From NCBI GenBank assembly GCA_963753425.1, contig CAVWCB010000004.1, positions 28,801 to 92,800 of the forward strand: a DNA stretch of 64,000 nucleotides. Reading direction: 5' to 3'. The position numbers and the translations under genes are program-made. Below, piece after piece: positions 31,901 to 42,444 of this stretch. Position 1 is the first letter of the stretch. Every line of letters starts with the position of its first letter. The stretch comes from an uncultured Actinomycetota bacterium. GTDB taxonomy: Bacteria > Actinomycetota > Actinomycetes > Actinomycetales > Cellulomonadaceae. The notes beneath the pieces are model-generated. The model ran no database searches, was not told the origin of the DNA, and saw only the letters and a program-made list of their open reading frames with translations.

Positions 31901-32569
31901 TCAGGCCGAATCCCGGGGCGTGCGGCGAGTGAAGACCAGATGCAGCGCTCCGGAGGGCGACGGGGTCGCCTCGATGTCGAAGCGTCCTTCGAGTCCTTCG
32001 AGCCCGTCCCAGAGGCGTTCGCCGCGGCCCAGGACGATCGGCACGACGACGATGTGCAGGTGGTCGATCAGATCGGCCGCCAGGAACGCTCGGATCGTGC
32101 TGACCCCGCCGCCGATCCGGACGTCGCGGCCACCGGCCAGGACGCGCGCCTGCTCGAGCGCGGCGACGGGGTCGGCGTCGACGAAGTGGAAGGTCGTCCC
32201 GCCGGCCATCTCGAGCGTCGGGCGGGGATGGTGGGTCAGCACGACGACGGGGGTGTGGAAGACCGGGTCGTCGCCCCACCACCCTTTCCACTCCTCGTCC
32301 GTCCAGGGCCCGCGCTGCGGGCCGAACTTGTTGCGCCCCATGATCTCCACGCCGATGCCGGTCGCCCACTGGCTGGCGAACGCCTCGTCGACGCCGTAGG
32401 ACGCCGGCGACTGCCCGTGCAGGCCCATCTCGCGAAACGTGCGGGTCTCGAAGGCCCACTCGAGCAGCCGCGAGCCGGCGTGACCGAACGGGGCGTCGAG
32501 CTGCTGGCCCTCGCCGGTGCCGAAGCCGTCGAGCGAGATCGAGAAGTTGTGCACACGAACCCGGGACAC
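31901..32569 (-). CDS. Dihydrofolate reductase/RibD C-terminal family protein
   Basis: SISLDGF, IMGRN, IGGGVSTI and PIVLGRGERL motifs. Confidence 0.85.
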   Translation of the reverse strand: MSRVRVHNFSISLDGFGTGEGQQLDAPFGHAGSRLLEWAFETRTFREMGLHGQSPASYGVDEAFASQWATGIGVEIMGRNKFGPQRGPWTDEEWKGWWGDDPVFHTPVVVLTHHPRPTLEMAGGTTFHFVDADPVAALEQARVLAGGRDVRIGGGVSTIRAFLAADLIDHLHIVVVPIVLGRGERLWDGLEGLEGRFDIEATPSPSGALHLVFTRRTPRDSA

Positions 32570-32664
32570 GGGCGTCTCCTGTCGTCGAACCGGTAGAGTG
32601 TCGGACGGCATCTCGCGGCGATCGCCCGAGAGCCCTTCCAGGGCGGTTGCCTCGGTCAGGCAGT

Positions 32665-33306
32665 ATGTCTCACGTGATCAGCGACTTCACCCTGACAGGT
32701 CGGCACGTCCGGCTCGAGCCGCTGGGGCTCGACCACGTCGACGGTCTCGTGCGGGCCGCGCAGGGCGAGCGCGGCAGCTACGGGTACACCCGGGTGCCGG
32801 ACGGTCACGAGGAGACGGCGGCCTATGTCCGAGAGGCCCTCGACATGCCCCGGTCCGTTCCGTTCGCGGTGCGACGGCTCGCCGACGACGCGATCGTCGG
32901 CAGCACGCGGTTCCTGGACCTCGAGGTGTTCGAGAGCCCGACGCCGTGGCCCCCGGGGGTGGCCGTGGGCAGCGAACCGAGCGACGAGCGGCCGCCGTCC
33001 GTGGCCGAGATCGGCAGCACCTGGTACGCGGCGAGCGCGCAGCGGACGGCAGTCAACACCGAGACGAAGCTGCTGCTCCTCACGCACGCGTTCGAGGTGT
33101 GGAACGTGCTGCGGGTGACGCTGAAGACCGATGCGCGCAACAGCGCGTCGAGGAAGGCCATCGAGCGGATCGGCGGTCGGTTCGAAGGCATCCGCCGCGC
33201 CCACACGATGGCGACCGACGGGACCGTGCGCGACTCGGCCTACTTCTCGATCCTCGCGTCCGAGTGGTTCGTCGTCCACGAGGGGCTCACGGGCCGCCTG
33301 CGGTGA
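32665..33306 (+). CDS. GNAT N-acetyltransferase (RimJ/RimL-like)
   Basis: EIGSTW, NTETKLLLLTHAFE and TDARNSASRKAIERIG motifs. Confidence 0.88.
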   Translation: MSHVISDFTLTGRHVRLEPLGLDHVDGLVRAAQGERGSYGYTRVPDGHEETAAYVREALDMPRSVPFAVRRLADDAIVGSTRFLDLEVFESPTPWPPGVAVGSEPSDERPPSVAEIGSTWYAASAQRTAVNTETKLLLLTHAFEVWNVLRVTLKTDARNSASRKAIERIGGRFEGIRRAHTMATDGTVRDSAYFSILASEWFVVHEGLTGRLR

Positions 33307-34504
33307 GGAGCGCGTCGCGACGGGTGCGCAGGAACGCGCGCTCGGCCTCGTTGTCGCTCAGCGAGCCTGCGGTCTCGTAGGCGACAGCGGCCTCCGCGGG
33401 CCGGTCCAGGCGGCGCAGCAGGTCCGCGCGGACGGCGTGGAACAGCGCGAACCGCTCGAGCGGCAGGTCGTCGACGAGCGCGAGCCCCGCGGCTGGTCCG
33501 TCGACCTCCGCGACCGCGACGGCGCGGTTCAGCGCGACGATCGGGCTCGGCGCGGCCGCGAGCAGCTGGTCGTAGAGCTCGACCACCTGCCACCACGGCG
33601 TCTCGGCCGTCGACGGTGCGGACGCGTGCACGGCCTGGATCGCCGCCTGGAGCTGGTACGGCCCGGGTTGGTTGCGTCGAAGCGACTCCCGCACGAGCGC
33701 GAGTCCCTCGTCGACCAGCTCGCGGGACCACAGCGATCGGTCCTGGTCCGCGAGCAGGGTGCCCGTGGACCGGGCCGGGCGGCGGGCGTCGACCAGGAGC
33801 ATGAGCGCGAGCAGGCCGGCGGCCTCCGGCTCGTCCGGCATGAGCTCGACCAGGAGGCGAGCGAGCCGGACGGCCTCGACGCACAGGTCGTCGCGCACGA
33901 GCCTCGCCCCGCTCGACGCGTGGTGGCCCTCGGTGAACACCAGGTAGACGACCGCGAGCACCGTGCGCAGCCTGCCGGGCAGGTCGGCGTCGGACGGCAC
34001 CCGGTACGGGATCTTGGCGTCGCGGATCTTTCCCTTGGCCCGCACGAGCCGCTGCTGCATGGTGGGCACCGGCACGAGGAAGGCATGTGCGATCTCCTCG
34101 GTGGTCAGCCCGCCGACCATCCGCAGCGTGAGGGCGACCTGCGCCTCCACCGAGAGCGCCGGGTGGCAGCAGGTGAAGACGAGCCGCAGCTGGTCGTCGC
34201 GCACCGGGCCCACCTCGATCGGTTCAGGGGGTACTGCGAGCAGGTCGGCCTGCGCGTGCCGGTCGTGGCGCACGGCGTCCCGGCGCAGACGGTCGATCGC
34301 CTTGCGACGGGCCGTCGTGAGGATCCAGCCGGCCGGGCTCGGCGGCAGCCCCTCGGTCGGCCAGTGCTGCACCGCCGCCAGGAACGCGTCCTGGACGGCC
34401 TCCTCGGCGATGTCCAGCGACCCGAACGACCGGGTCAGCACCGCGACCGCGCGGCCGTGCTCCGCGCGGAACACGGCCGCGACGTCGTCGCGAGTGCAGG
34501 TCAC
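33287..34504 (-). CDS. Second ECF42-type sigma factor
   Basis: AEEAVQDAF, FTCCHPAL, QRLVRAK, DQDRSLW and PSPIVALNRAVA motifs. Confidence 0.9.
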   Translation of the reverse strand: MTCTRDDVAAVFRAEHGRAVAVLTRSFGSLDIAEEAVQDAFLAAVQHWPTEGLPPSPAGWILTTARRKAIDRLRRDAVRHDRHAQADLLAVPPEPIEVGPVRDDQLRLVFTCCHPALSVEAQVALTLRMVGGLTTEEIAHAFLVPVPTMQQRLVRAKGKIRDAKIPYRVPSDADLPGRLRTVLAVVYLVFTEGHHASSGARLVRDDLCVEAVRLARLLVELMPDEPEAAGLLALMLLVDARRPARSTGTLLADQDRSLWSRELVDEGLALVRESLRRNQPGPYQLQAAIQAVHASAPSTAETPWWQVVELYDQLLAAAPSPIVALNRAVAVAEVDGPAAGLALVDDLPLERFALFHAVRADLLRRLDRPAEAAVAYETAGSLSDNEAERAFLRTRRDALLTAGGP

Positions 34505-34842
34505 TCCCGGAACGGCCGCACCTCGATGGGCAGCGTGGTGGCGACGGACAACCGGCCGCCCCAGGCCAGAGCCTCGTCGAGGTCCGCCACGTCGACGACC
34601 GTGAAGCCGCCCAGGTGCTCCTTGGCCTCGACGTAGGGGCCGTCGGTGGTCAGCACCTCGCCGTCCTTCGACCGCAGCACGGTGGCGGTGCTGGGGTGGT
34701 GCAGGCCGCCCGTGAACACCCACACGCCCTCGTCGCGCATCGCCTGGTCGACCTCGCCGACGGCCCGCATGATCGGCTCCAGGAACTCCGGAGCCGGCAT
34801 GGGGCCGTCGGGCTCGATCACGCTCAGCAGGTACTGGCTCAT
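34501..34842 (-). CDS. YciI/DGPF family protein
   Basis: TDGPYVEAKEHLGGF and IEVRPF motifs; coupled to the sigma gene. Confidence 0.9.
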   Translation of the reverse strand: MSQYLLSVIEPDGPMPAPEFLEPIMRAVGEVDQAMRDEGVWVFTGGLHHPSTATVLRSKDGEVLTTDGPYVEAKEHLGGFTVVDVADLDEALAWGGRLSVATTLPIEVRPFRE

Positions 34843-34893
34843 GGCGTCCTCCTCGGGGTTCGGCGCCGGCCTCGCGCCAGCGTCTCACCCCTA

Positions 34894-34920
34894 TACGGAC
34901 GACGACAGGTCAGATCGACA
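34894..34920 (-). promoter_or_regulatory. ECF42-type promoter
   Basis: Minus-strand TGTCGA-N17-CGTA. Confidence 0.6.
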
Positions 34921-34922
34921 CG

Positions 34923-35762
34923 TCAGGGCTTCGGGACGTAGTCGAACGTGTCCGGGTCCGGACCGGTGCGCTCGTCGCGGTTGAGGGCGTCGATGTCGGC
35001 GAGGTCCAGGTCGCTCAGCTCGAAGTCGAAGAGCGCGAAGTTCTCCTCGATCCGGCTCCGGGTCACCGACTTGGGGAAGATGATGTCGCCACGCTGGATG
35101 TGCCAGCGCAGCGTCACCTGGGCGGGGCTGCGCCCGACGGACTCCGCGATCCGCATGATCGTCGGGTCGTCGAGCACCCCGCCCTGCGCGATCGGGGACC
35201 ACGCCTCCGTGGCGATGCCGTGCTCGGCGCCGAACGCCCGCACCTCGGACTGGGTGAGGTAGGGGTGGACCTCGATCTGGTTGACGGCCGGCGTGATGGT
35301 CGACTCGGCGTGCAGGCGACGCAGGTGGTGCGGCTGGAAGTTGGAGACGCCGATCGACCTGGCGCGACCGGAACGGTAGAAGTCCTCCATCGCCTTCCAG
35401 GTCTCGACGAAGTCGCTCACCATCGCGATCGGCCAGTGGATGAGGAAGAGGTCCACGTAGTCCAGGCCGAGCGTGTCGAGGGTGAGGTCGAACGCGATGG
35501 CAGCGTCGGCCGGCTCGTGCGCGTCGTTGTTCAGCTTGCTGGTGATGAACACGTCGCCCCGGTCCAGTCCGGACTCCCGCACGGCCTCGCCGACGCCCGC
35601 CTCGTTCTTGTACATCTGCGCCGTGTCGATGTGCCGGTAGCCCACCTCGAACGCCTCGAGGACGGCCTTCTTGGTCTCCGCCGGGTCGATCTGGAACACA
35701 CCGAACCCCAGCTGGGGGATCTCGTTGCCGTTGTTCAGGGTCACGTTCGGAACTGTGGTCAT
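34923..35762 (-). CDS. Aldo/keto reductase (2,5-DKG reductase-like)
   Basis: IPQLGFGVFQ, GYRHIDTAQMY, LFLIHWP and IFPKS motifs. Confidence 0.92.
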   Translation of the reverse strand: MTTVPNVTLNNGNEIPQLGFGVFQIDPAETKKAVLEAFEVGYRHIDTAQMYKNEAGVGEAVRESGLDRGDVFITSKLNNDAHEPADAAIAFDLTLDTLGLDYVDLFLIHWPIAMVSDFVETWKAMEDFYRSGRARSIGVSNFQPHHLRRLHAESTITPAVNQIEVHPYLTQSEVRAFGAEHGIATEAWSPIAQGGVLDDPTIMRIAESVGRSPAQVTLRWHIQRGDIIFPKSVTRSRIEENFALFDFELSDLDLADIDALNRDERTGPDPDTFDYVPKP

Positions 35763-35944
35763 GCCTCTATTCGACCGCGGACGGCCGCCGCGTGCCTCTC
35801 GAGAACCTGTCCTGACCACCCGTTTCGTGGGGAGGAAGCGTGAAGACTCGCCCGTTACCCCGCGCGTGTCACCCGGTGGTGGGAGGCTCGGGCGGAGTTT
35901 CTGCCCGGTGCTCAGGGCAGGTCGACGGACGACGAGAGGGTGGC

Positions 35945-37885
35945 ATGCGGTTCGCAGGGGGACGAGGCAGGGTGTGGCGAGGCGTGGCAGGGGCCGTGGC
36001 CGCGGGGGCGTTGGTCGGGTTCGGCCTGGCGGCGTGCTCGTCCGAGCCACCGGGGCCGGACGCCGCGGCGAAGGCTCTCGCGGCCGCGCTCACGTCGGGA
36101 AAGTTCGCGTCGGCACCCCTCTCGAGCGCCGACGCCGGCACCGCCGCCGAGCAGCGGACCGCCGCCTACCAGGGGCTCGAGCCCTGGCAGCCGAAGGTCA
36201 CCGTGGCGGCGAGCACCGTGGACGCGAAAGACAAGGACTCCGCGAAAGCGACCCTCCACTTCGCCTGGGACGTCGACGAGAGCGACGCCGACTGGACCTA
36301 CGACACGCACGTCACGCTGACCCGCGGCGACGACGACACCTGGCAGGCCGCCTGGGCACCGACGATCCTGGCCCCGGACCTGGCTCCGGGCGAAGCGCTG
36401 AGCGTCACGCGGACGCCCGCGGACCGCGCCAACATCCTGGGCGCGGGTGGTGCGGCCATCGTCGAGCCGCGACCGGTGCAGCACGTCGGCGTCGACAAGA
36501 CCCACGTGACGGACGCTGCGGGCCAGGACGCCGCCGCGCGGGCGCTCGCGGGCGCCCTGCAGATCGACCCCGACGCGTTCGCGGCCAAGGTCGCGGCCGC
36601 GGGACCGAAGGCGTTCGTCGAGGCCATCGTGCTGCGCGACGGGGACCCGAGCTACGACCTCCCGGCGCTGCTCGCGATCCCCGGTGTCAGCTCGGTCGCG
36701 GGCACCCTGCCGCTCGCACCGAGCCGGAGCTTCGCTCGCCCGATCCTCGGGTCCGTCGGCGACGCGACCGCGGAGATCGTCGAGAAGTCCGACGGCGCGG
36801 TCGCGGCGGGCGACCTGGCAGGGCTGTCGGGGCTCGAGCGGCAGTACGACGCGCAGCTGCGGGGCCTGCCGGGACTCGCCATCGTTGCGACGAACGGAGC
36901 CGCGCAGCGCGAGCTCTATACCGTCGCGCCGACCGCGGGCACGCCCGTGCAGACCACGTTGGACCTCACCCTGCAGCAGGCAGCCGAGAACGTCCTCGTC
37001 GGCGTGGGCCCGGCGAGCGCGGTCGTCGCGGTCCGTCCCTCCACCGGCGACGTGCTGGCTGCGGCCAGCGGTGCCGGCGGCGAGGGGATGTCGACTGCCA
37101 CGCTCGGGCAGTTCGCACCCGGCTCGACGTTCAAGGTGGTCAGCGCCCTCGCGCTGCTGCGTTCCGGACTGACCCCGGACTCGCAGGTCACCTGCCCGAC
37201 GACCGTGACGGTCGACGGTCGCGAGTTCGAGAACTTCCCCGGCTATCCCACGGACAAGCTGGGTGACGTGCCGCTGCGGACCGCGTTCGCCAACTCCTGC
37301 AACACCGCCTTCATCTCGGCGCGCGACTCCGCGACGCAGGACGCGCTCATCGACGCGGCCGGCTCGCTCGGTCTCGTGCCCGACGCTGCGCTCGGGTTCC
37401 CCGCGTTCCTCGGCGCGGTGCCGGGGGATTCGGACGGCACCGACCACGCCGCGTCGATGATCGGACAGGGCCGGGTGCTCGCCTCGCCGCTCGGCATGGC
37501 GACGGTCGCCGCGTCCGTGGCCCAGGGGTCGACGGTGGTGCCGCGACTCGTCGTGCAGGACGCCCCTGCCCCCAAACCGAGCGACAGCCCGTCGAAGCGC
37601 CCGCAGGTGCCGCTGACCGCCGACGAGGCGGCGACGCTCAAGTCGCTCATGCGCAGCGTCGTGACCGAGGGCGGTGCCACGTTCTTGCAGGACGTGCCCG
37701 GCGACGAGGTGGCCGCCAAGACCGGGACCGCGCAGTTCGGCGACGCGGGAAACCTGCAGAACCACGTGTGGATGATCGCCGTCCAGGGCGACCTCGCGGT
37801 CGCCGTGTTCGTCGACGTCGGCGACTACGGGTCGACCACGGCGGGTCCGCTGCTCGAGGCGTTCCTGCGAGCGGCGCAGCCGTAG
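35945..37885 (+). CDS. Lipoprotein penicillin-binding transpeptidase with NTF2-like N-terminus
   Basis: Lipobox LAAC; PGSTFK (SxxK), SCN and KTG motifs. Confidence 0.9.
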   Translation: MRFAGGRGRVWRGVAGAVAAGALVGFGLAACSSEPPGPDAAAKALAAALTSGKFASAPLSSADAGTAAEQRTAAYQGLEPWQPKVTVAASTVDAKDKDSAKATLHFAWDVDESDADWTYDTHVTLTRGDDDTWQAAWAPTILAPDLAPGEALSVTRTPADRANILGAGGAAIVEPRPVQHVGVDKTHVTDAAGQDAAARALAGALQIDPDAFAAKVAAAGPKAFVEAIVLRDGDPSYDLPALLAIPGVSSVAGTLPLAPSRSFARPILGSVGDATAEIVEKSDGAVAAGDLAGLSGLERQYDAQLRGLPGLAIVATNGAAQRELYTVAPTAGTPVQTTLDLTLQQAAENVLVGVGPASAVVAVRPSTGDVLAAASGAGGEGMSTATLGQFAPGSTFKVVSALALLRSGLTPDSQVTCPTTVTVDGREFENFPGYPTDKLGDVPLRTAFANSCNTAFISARDSATQDALIDAAGSLGLVPDAALGFPAFLGAVPGDSDGTDHAASMIGQGRVLASPLGMATVAASVAQGSTVVPRLVVQDAPAPKPSDSPSKRPQVPLTADEAATLKSLMRSVVTEGGATFLQDVPGDEVAAKTGTAQFGDAGNLQNHVWMIAVQGDLAVAVFVDVGDYGSTTAGPLLEAFLRAAQP

Positions 37886-37904
37886 GGGTAGGGATACGAC
37901 GGGC

Positions 37905-38855
37905 ATGGCCGAAGATGGGTCCGTGACCGCCATCCTGCTCCCGCGTGACCTGCCGATCGACCAGCTCATCCCGTACGTGCAACGCGCCGAGGCGCTCGGG
38001 TTCGCCGAGATCTGGGTGGTCGAGGACCTGCCCTTCCGTGGCGGCATCGCGCAGGCCGGTGCCGTTCTTGCGGCGACGCAGCGCATCCGCGTCGCCGTCG
38101 GCATCCTGCCTGCTGCGGTCCGCAACCCGGTGTTCGCGGCGATGGAGGCCGCGACGCTGGCCGAGCTGTATCCCGGGCGCCTGATCCTCGGCGTCGGGCA
38201 CGGGATGCCGGGTTGGATCCGACAGGTCGGCGCGTGGCCGGCCAGCCCGCTGACCATGCTCGAGGAGCACGTGAGCGCCCTGCGGGCGTTGCTCCACGGC
38301 GAGCGTGTGACGGTCGACGGACGCTACGTACAGCTCGACGACGTCCAGTTGTACGCGGCGCCGGCCGAGCCCCCGCCCGTCTACGCCGGGGTGCGCGGAC
38401 CGAAGTCGCTCGCTCTGGCCGGCCGGGTCGCCGACGGCATCGTGCTCGCGGAGCCGGTGACACCGGAGTACCTCGCGGTGGTCCTCGAGAGTGTCGGCCG
38501 GCCGATCCCCGTCGCCGCCTACTGCGTCGCCGCCGTCGACGACGACGCCGACGCGGCCCGCGCACTCGTGCGACCCGCGCTCGAGTGGGTGGGCGACCCG
38601 GACTGGGAGCCGCACATCGCGCCGTTGCCGTTCGCCGACGAGTTTCGCGCGACGCGTGCGTCGTCGAGCAGCCGGGCGGAGTTCATGGCACGGGTGCCCG
38701 ACGGCTGGGTCGACCAGCTGGCCGTCGTCGGCACACCCGACGGCGCGCGTGAGCGGCTGCGCCAGCTGGGCGAGGCCGGCGTCACGAGCGCGGTCCTCAT
38801 CCCGGCCGGCCCGGATCCCCTGCGTGCCCTGGAGCGGCTAGCGTCGCTGGTATGA
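37905..38855 (+). CDS. LLM class flavin-dependent oxidoreductase
   Basis: GFAEIWVVED, PGRLILGVGHG and AGRVADG motifs. Confidence 0.85.
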   Translation: MAEDGSVTAILLPRDLPIDQLIPYVQRAEALGFAEIWVVEDLPFRGGIAQAGAVLAATQRIRVAVGILPAAVRNPVFAAMEAATLAELYPGRLILGVGHGMPGWIRQVGAWPASPLTMLEEHVSALRALLHGERVTVDGRYVQLDDVQLYAAPAEPPPVYAGVRGPKSLALAGRVADGIVLAEPVTPEYLAVVLESVGRPIPVAAYCVAAVDDDADAARALVRPALEWVGDPDWEPHIAPLPFADEFRATRASSSSRAEFMARVPDGWVDQLAVVGTPDGARERLRQLGEAGVTSAVLIPAGPDPLRALERLASLV

Positions 38856-39710
38856 GTCGAGTAGTAGTCACGGGCGGCAGCGGCAAGCTGGGGCGGGCGG
38901 TCGTCACGCACCTGGCCGAGCAGGGGTACGACGTGGTCAACGTGGACACGGCTCGGCCGCCCGCGAACCAGCCCGCGCTCTTCACCCGAGTCGACCTGAC
39001 CGACCTGGGCCAGGTGACCGAGGCGTTCGCGGGGATCGACGACCGCTACGACGGGGTCGACGCCGTCGTGCACCTGGCCGCGATCCCGGCACCTGGGCTG
39101 CTGACCAGCGGCGCGACCTTCGCCAACAACGTGATCGCCACCCATCACGTCTTCTCCGCGGCCCGCCGGGCGGGGATCCGCAACGTCGTGTGGGCCTCGA
39201 GCGAGACGGTGCTGGGCCTGCCGTTCGAGACGCCCCCGCCCTATGCGCCGGTCGACGAGGAGTACGCGGTCCGGCCGGAGAGCACCTACTCGCTGGGCAA
39301 AGCGGTCGAGGAGGAGATGGCGCGGCACTTCACGCGCTGGGATCCGTCCGCCAAGCTGCATCGGGCTGCGCTTCTCGAACGTCATGGACGTCGAGGACTA
39401 CGCCGAGTTCCCGTCGTTCGAGGACGACCCGCGGCGCCGCATCTGGAACCTGTGGAGCTACATCGACGCCCGCGACGGCGCCCTCGCCGTGCAGAACGCG
39501 CTGGAGTCCGACCTCACGGGGTTCGAGGCGTTCATCGTCGCCTCGCCGGACTCGGTGATGACGACGCCGTCGGCCGACCTTCTGGCCGCGTACTTCCCGG
39601 ACGTGCCGCTGTCGCGGACGGTCAGCGGTACCGAGACTCTCCTCTCGATCGACAAGGCACGCCGGATGCTGGGCTACGCACCGACGCACACCTGGCGCAA
39701 CCACGTCTGA
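38852..39710 (+). CDS. NAD-dependent epimerase/dehydratase (frameshift near 39355)
   Basis: VTGGSGKLG, VHLAAIP and YSLGK; continues as LRFSNV...WSYIDARD. Confidence 0.85.
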
Positions 39711-39759
39711 GACCCGCGTCCGGCCCGCCTTTCATGAGACCGTTCAGCGTGAGCAGACG

Positions 39760-40332
39760 ATGACGGTTCGACACGCCCTCGCCCGCGGTTTCTGGCGGGT
39801 CAGCCGCTGGACGCTGAAGACCGAGCGGGTCCCGACGGACGGCGCGGGGCTCCTGATCGGGGCACCGCACACGTCGAACTGGGACTTCATCCTGATGCTC
39901 GCGATCTCCTGGGAGGCGGGTCTGCCCATCCGCTGGCTCGGGAAGAACGGGCTGTTCCGCGGGCTCGGTGGGCCGATCATGCGCGGGCTCGGCGGCATCC
40001 CGGTAGATCGTTCGAACCCCGCCGGTCTGGTCGACGACCTCGTCGCGCGGATCCAGAGCGGCGATCGCTTCTACCTCGTCGTGACGCCCGAGGGCACGCG
40101 CAGCGGCGACGGTTGGAAGTCGGGGTTCTACCGGATCGCCCGCGCCACGGGTCTGCCCGTCACGCTCGGCTACGTCGACCGCACGACGATGACCACGGGA
40201 CTCGGGCCGACCCTCCAGCTGACCGGCGACGTCCCGGCCGACATGGACGTGATCCGCGCGTTCTACGCCGACAAGGCAGGCTTCGTACCGTCGCGCCGCA
40301 CCGAGCCGAGGCTCCGCGAGGAATCTGTCTGA
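39760..40332 (+). CDS. Lysophospholipid acyltransferase (PlsC-like)
   Basis: PHTSNWD, PEGTR and WKSGFY motifs. Confidence 0.9.
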   Translation: MTVRHALARGFWRVSRWTLKTERVPTDGAGLLIGAPHTSNWDFILMLAISWEAGLPIRWLGKNGLFRGLGGPIMRGLGGIPVDRSNPAGLVDDLVARIQSGDRFYLVVTPEGTRSGDGWKSGFYRIARATGLPVTLGYVDRTTMTTGLGPTLQLTGDVPADMDVIRAFYADKAGFVPSRRTEPRLREESV

Positions 40333-40381
40333 CAGCCCCTTTGCCGGGCGCGTGTCAGCGGCCTTCGCTAACGTCGTTTCG

Positions 40382-40979
40382 GTGACGTCCTCCACGGAGT
40401 TCGACTGGTCGCTGACCGAGATCCCGACGGCCCGCGCGGCAGTCCGTAGCCAGCTGGAGTTCTCGTGGTTCGAGCTGAGCGAGCGCCTGGCTAGCGTCAC
40501 GCAGGCGGAGTTCTGCTGGGAGCCGGTGCCGGGCGCGCTCAGCGTCCGAAGGCGATCCGAGTCCACGGCCGCCCGCACGTTCGGGGCGGGCGAGTGGGTG
40601 GTCGAGTGGCCCGCAGGCTCCGACGAGCCCGGCCCTCGCACGATCGCGTGGCTCGTGGCGCACCTCACCGAGGTGCTGACCGAGCGGTGGGACTGGACGT
40701 TCGGCGAGCATCGGCTCCGGCGGCCGGACCTCACCTACTCCGGCGAGGTCGGTCCCGCCGTGGCTGCGCTGGCGTCCGTGGCTGACGCAGTGGCGGTCGG
40801 GGATCGCGAACATGTCCGACGACGACATCTTCACCGTCGGCCTCAGCCAGGCCACGTCGATCGACGCGGCCGCGCCGTTCGCGCAGCTGGTGCTGCACAT
40901 CAACCGGGAGCTCATCCATCACGGGTCCGAGATCTGCACGCTCACGGACCTCTATCGAGCAGGAGGTCGACATGGCTGA
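40382..40979 (+). CDS. DinB family protein (frameshift near 40785)
   Basis: EFCWEPVPG, TIAWLVAH and HINRELIHHGSEI motifs. Confidence 0.8.
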
Positions 40980-41418
40980 AGATCTGGTGGCGCGGGCGGT
41001 CGTCGAGGTCCGGGCGTCGGCCGAGGACGTCTGGTCGGTGATGGTGGACCCGGCGGCGAGATGGATGGTCGGATCGCAGGTGACCAGCACGTACGCCGTC
41101 GGCGACCCCATCACGTTCGACGGCGAGTGGGAGGGCAAGCCGTTCCAGGACCACGGTGAGATCGTCGAGGTGGACCGACCGCGGCTGCTCAGGTACACCC
41201 ACTATTCGCCCCTATCCGGGCAGCCGGACGTGCCCGAGAACTACCACCACCTGACGTTCACGCTGGAGGAGTCGGGCGGCTCGACCACGGTCACGCTCGA
41301 GCAGGACGGCAACGGCTCGGCCGACGAGGTGGCCCACTCCGAGGGGCTCTGGCGACAGGTTCTGGAGGCGCTGGCGGCCGCGTCCGCTCCAGATGCGACG
41401 GCGCAGGAGCGGACGTAG
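40972..41418 (+). CDS. SRPBCC domain protein
   Basis: ASAEDVWSVMVDP and PRLLRYTHYSP motifs. Confidence 0.8.
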   Translation: MAEDLVARAVVEVRASAEDVWSVMVDPAARWMVGSQVTSTYAVGDPITFDGEWEGKPFQDHGEIVEVDRPRLLRYTHYSPLSGQPDVPENYHHLTFTLEESGGSTTVTLEQDGNGSADEVAHSEGLWRQVLEALAAASAPDATAQERT

Positions 41419-41454
41419 CGTCGAGGTATTGCCAACCCGAGAGGAGTCGGACTG

Positions 41455-41625
41455 ATGGGTCTCGACGACAAGATCTCCAACGCAGCACAGGACGCCAAGG
41501 GCAAGGTGAAGGAGGCCACCGGCAAGGTGACCGACGACGAGCGCCTCGAGGCGGAAGGCAAGGGCGACCAGGCCGGAGCCAACCTCAAGCAGGCAGGCGA
41601 GAACGTCAAGGACGCGTTCAAGTAA
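41455..41625 (+). CDS. csbD: CsbD family stress protein (56 aa, absent from the ORF track)
   Basis: MGLDDKISNAAQDAKGKVKEATGKVTDDERLEAEGKGDQAGANLKQAGENVKDAFK; SD GAGGAG. Confidence 0.9.
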   Translation: MGLDDKISNAAQDAKGKVKEATGKVTDDERLEAEGKGDQAGANLKQAGENVKDAFK

Positions 41626-41640
41626 CCACGCGCCTCGGCC

Positions 41641-41677
41641 AGGCCCCCGCTTCTCGACGACGAGAGGCGGGGGCTTT
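41641..41677 (+). terminator. Intrinsic terminator
   Basis: AGGCCCCCGCTTCTCG-ACGA-CGAGAGGCGGGGGCTTT. Confidence 0.8.
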
Positions 41678-41697
41678 CGTCTGTCGCAGCGGCAAAC

Positions 41698-41734
41698 GTG
41701 CAATAGATGTTGCGCAATGACTCTTGCGCAATGA
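41698..41734. promoter_or_regulatory. Tandem GCAA-N5-TTGC palindromes upstream of the HTH regulator
   Basis: GTGCAATAGATGTTGCGCAATGACTCTTGCGCAATGA. Confidence 0.55.
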
Positions 41735-41759
41735 TCGTTGCGTGTCGTACGGTCGTCCC

Positions 41760-42443
41760 ATGGAGACCGAGCGCACCGACGAGTCGCACCCCTTCGCGGG
41801 TGCGGAACGGACCAGCGACCCCGAGCGGATTCGCGCCCTCGCACACCCGCTGCGTCTCGCCTTGCTCGGGTACCTCGACGACGTCGGCGAGGCGACGGCG
41901 ACGCAGTGCGCGAAGCACACGCACGAGACGGTCGCCAATTGCTCCTTCCACCTGCGGGTCCTCGCCCGCTACGGCTTCATCGAGCCCGCAGCCCCTCGCG
42001 GCCGCGAGCGCCCGTGGCGGCTCGTCGAGAAGCGGCAGCTGTTCTCCCCGGACGAGTCCGTCCCCGGATCGGTGCACGCGGTCGTCGAGTTCGCCGAGAT
42101 CGCGGTGCGCCAGGAGGCCGACCGGTTCATCGACTTCCTCCGCGAACGCGCGGACCGAGCCGACGAGCTCTCGGGGCAACGTGCCTCCGTCGTCCTGAAC
42201 CGCGAGTCGTACTGGGCCACGCCGGACGAGGCAGACCAGCTGCACGAGGCCATCGCGGCCTTGATCGAGCCCTACCTCGCGCGCGCCGCCGACCCGTCGT
42301 CGCGCCCCGCGGGCGCCCGTCTCATGCGCTGGTTCTCCACCAGCCACCCCGACCTTGCCTACCCCGAGACACCCGACGGCATTCGTCCGGAGGCGTCCGA
42401 CGCCCCCCAGCAGACAGCTCCCCACTCCCGCGAGGAGGCGTGA
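41760..42443 (+). CDS. ArsR-like winged-helix regulator
   Basis: RALAHPLRLALL, ANCSFHLRVLARYGFIE and GRERPW motifs. Confidence 0.85.
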   Translation: METERTDESHPFAGAERTSDPERIRALAHPLRLALLGYLDDVGEATATQCAKHTHETVANCSFHLRVLARYGFIEPAAPRGRERPWRLVEKRQLFSPDESVPGSVHAVVEFAEIAVRQEADRFIDFLRERADRADELSGQRASVVLNRESYWATPDEADQLHEAIAALIEPYLARAADPSSRPAGARLMRWFSTSHPDLAYPETPDGIRPEASDAPQQTAPHSREEA

Positions 42444-42444
42444 C

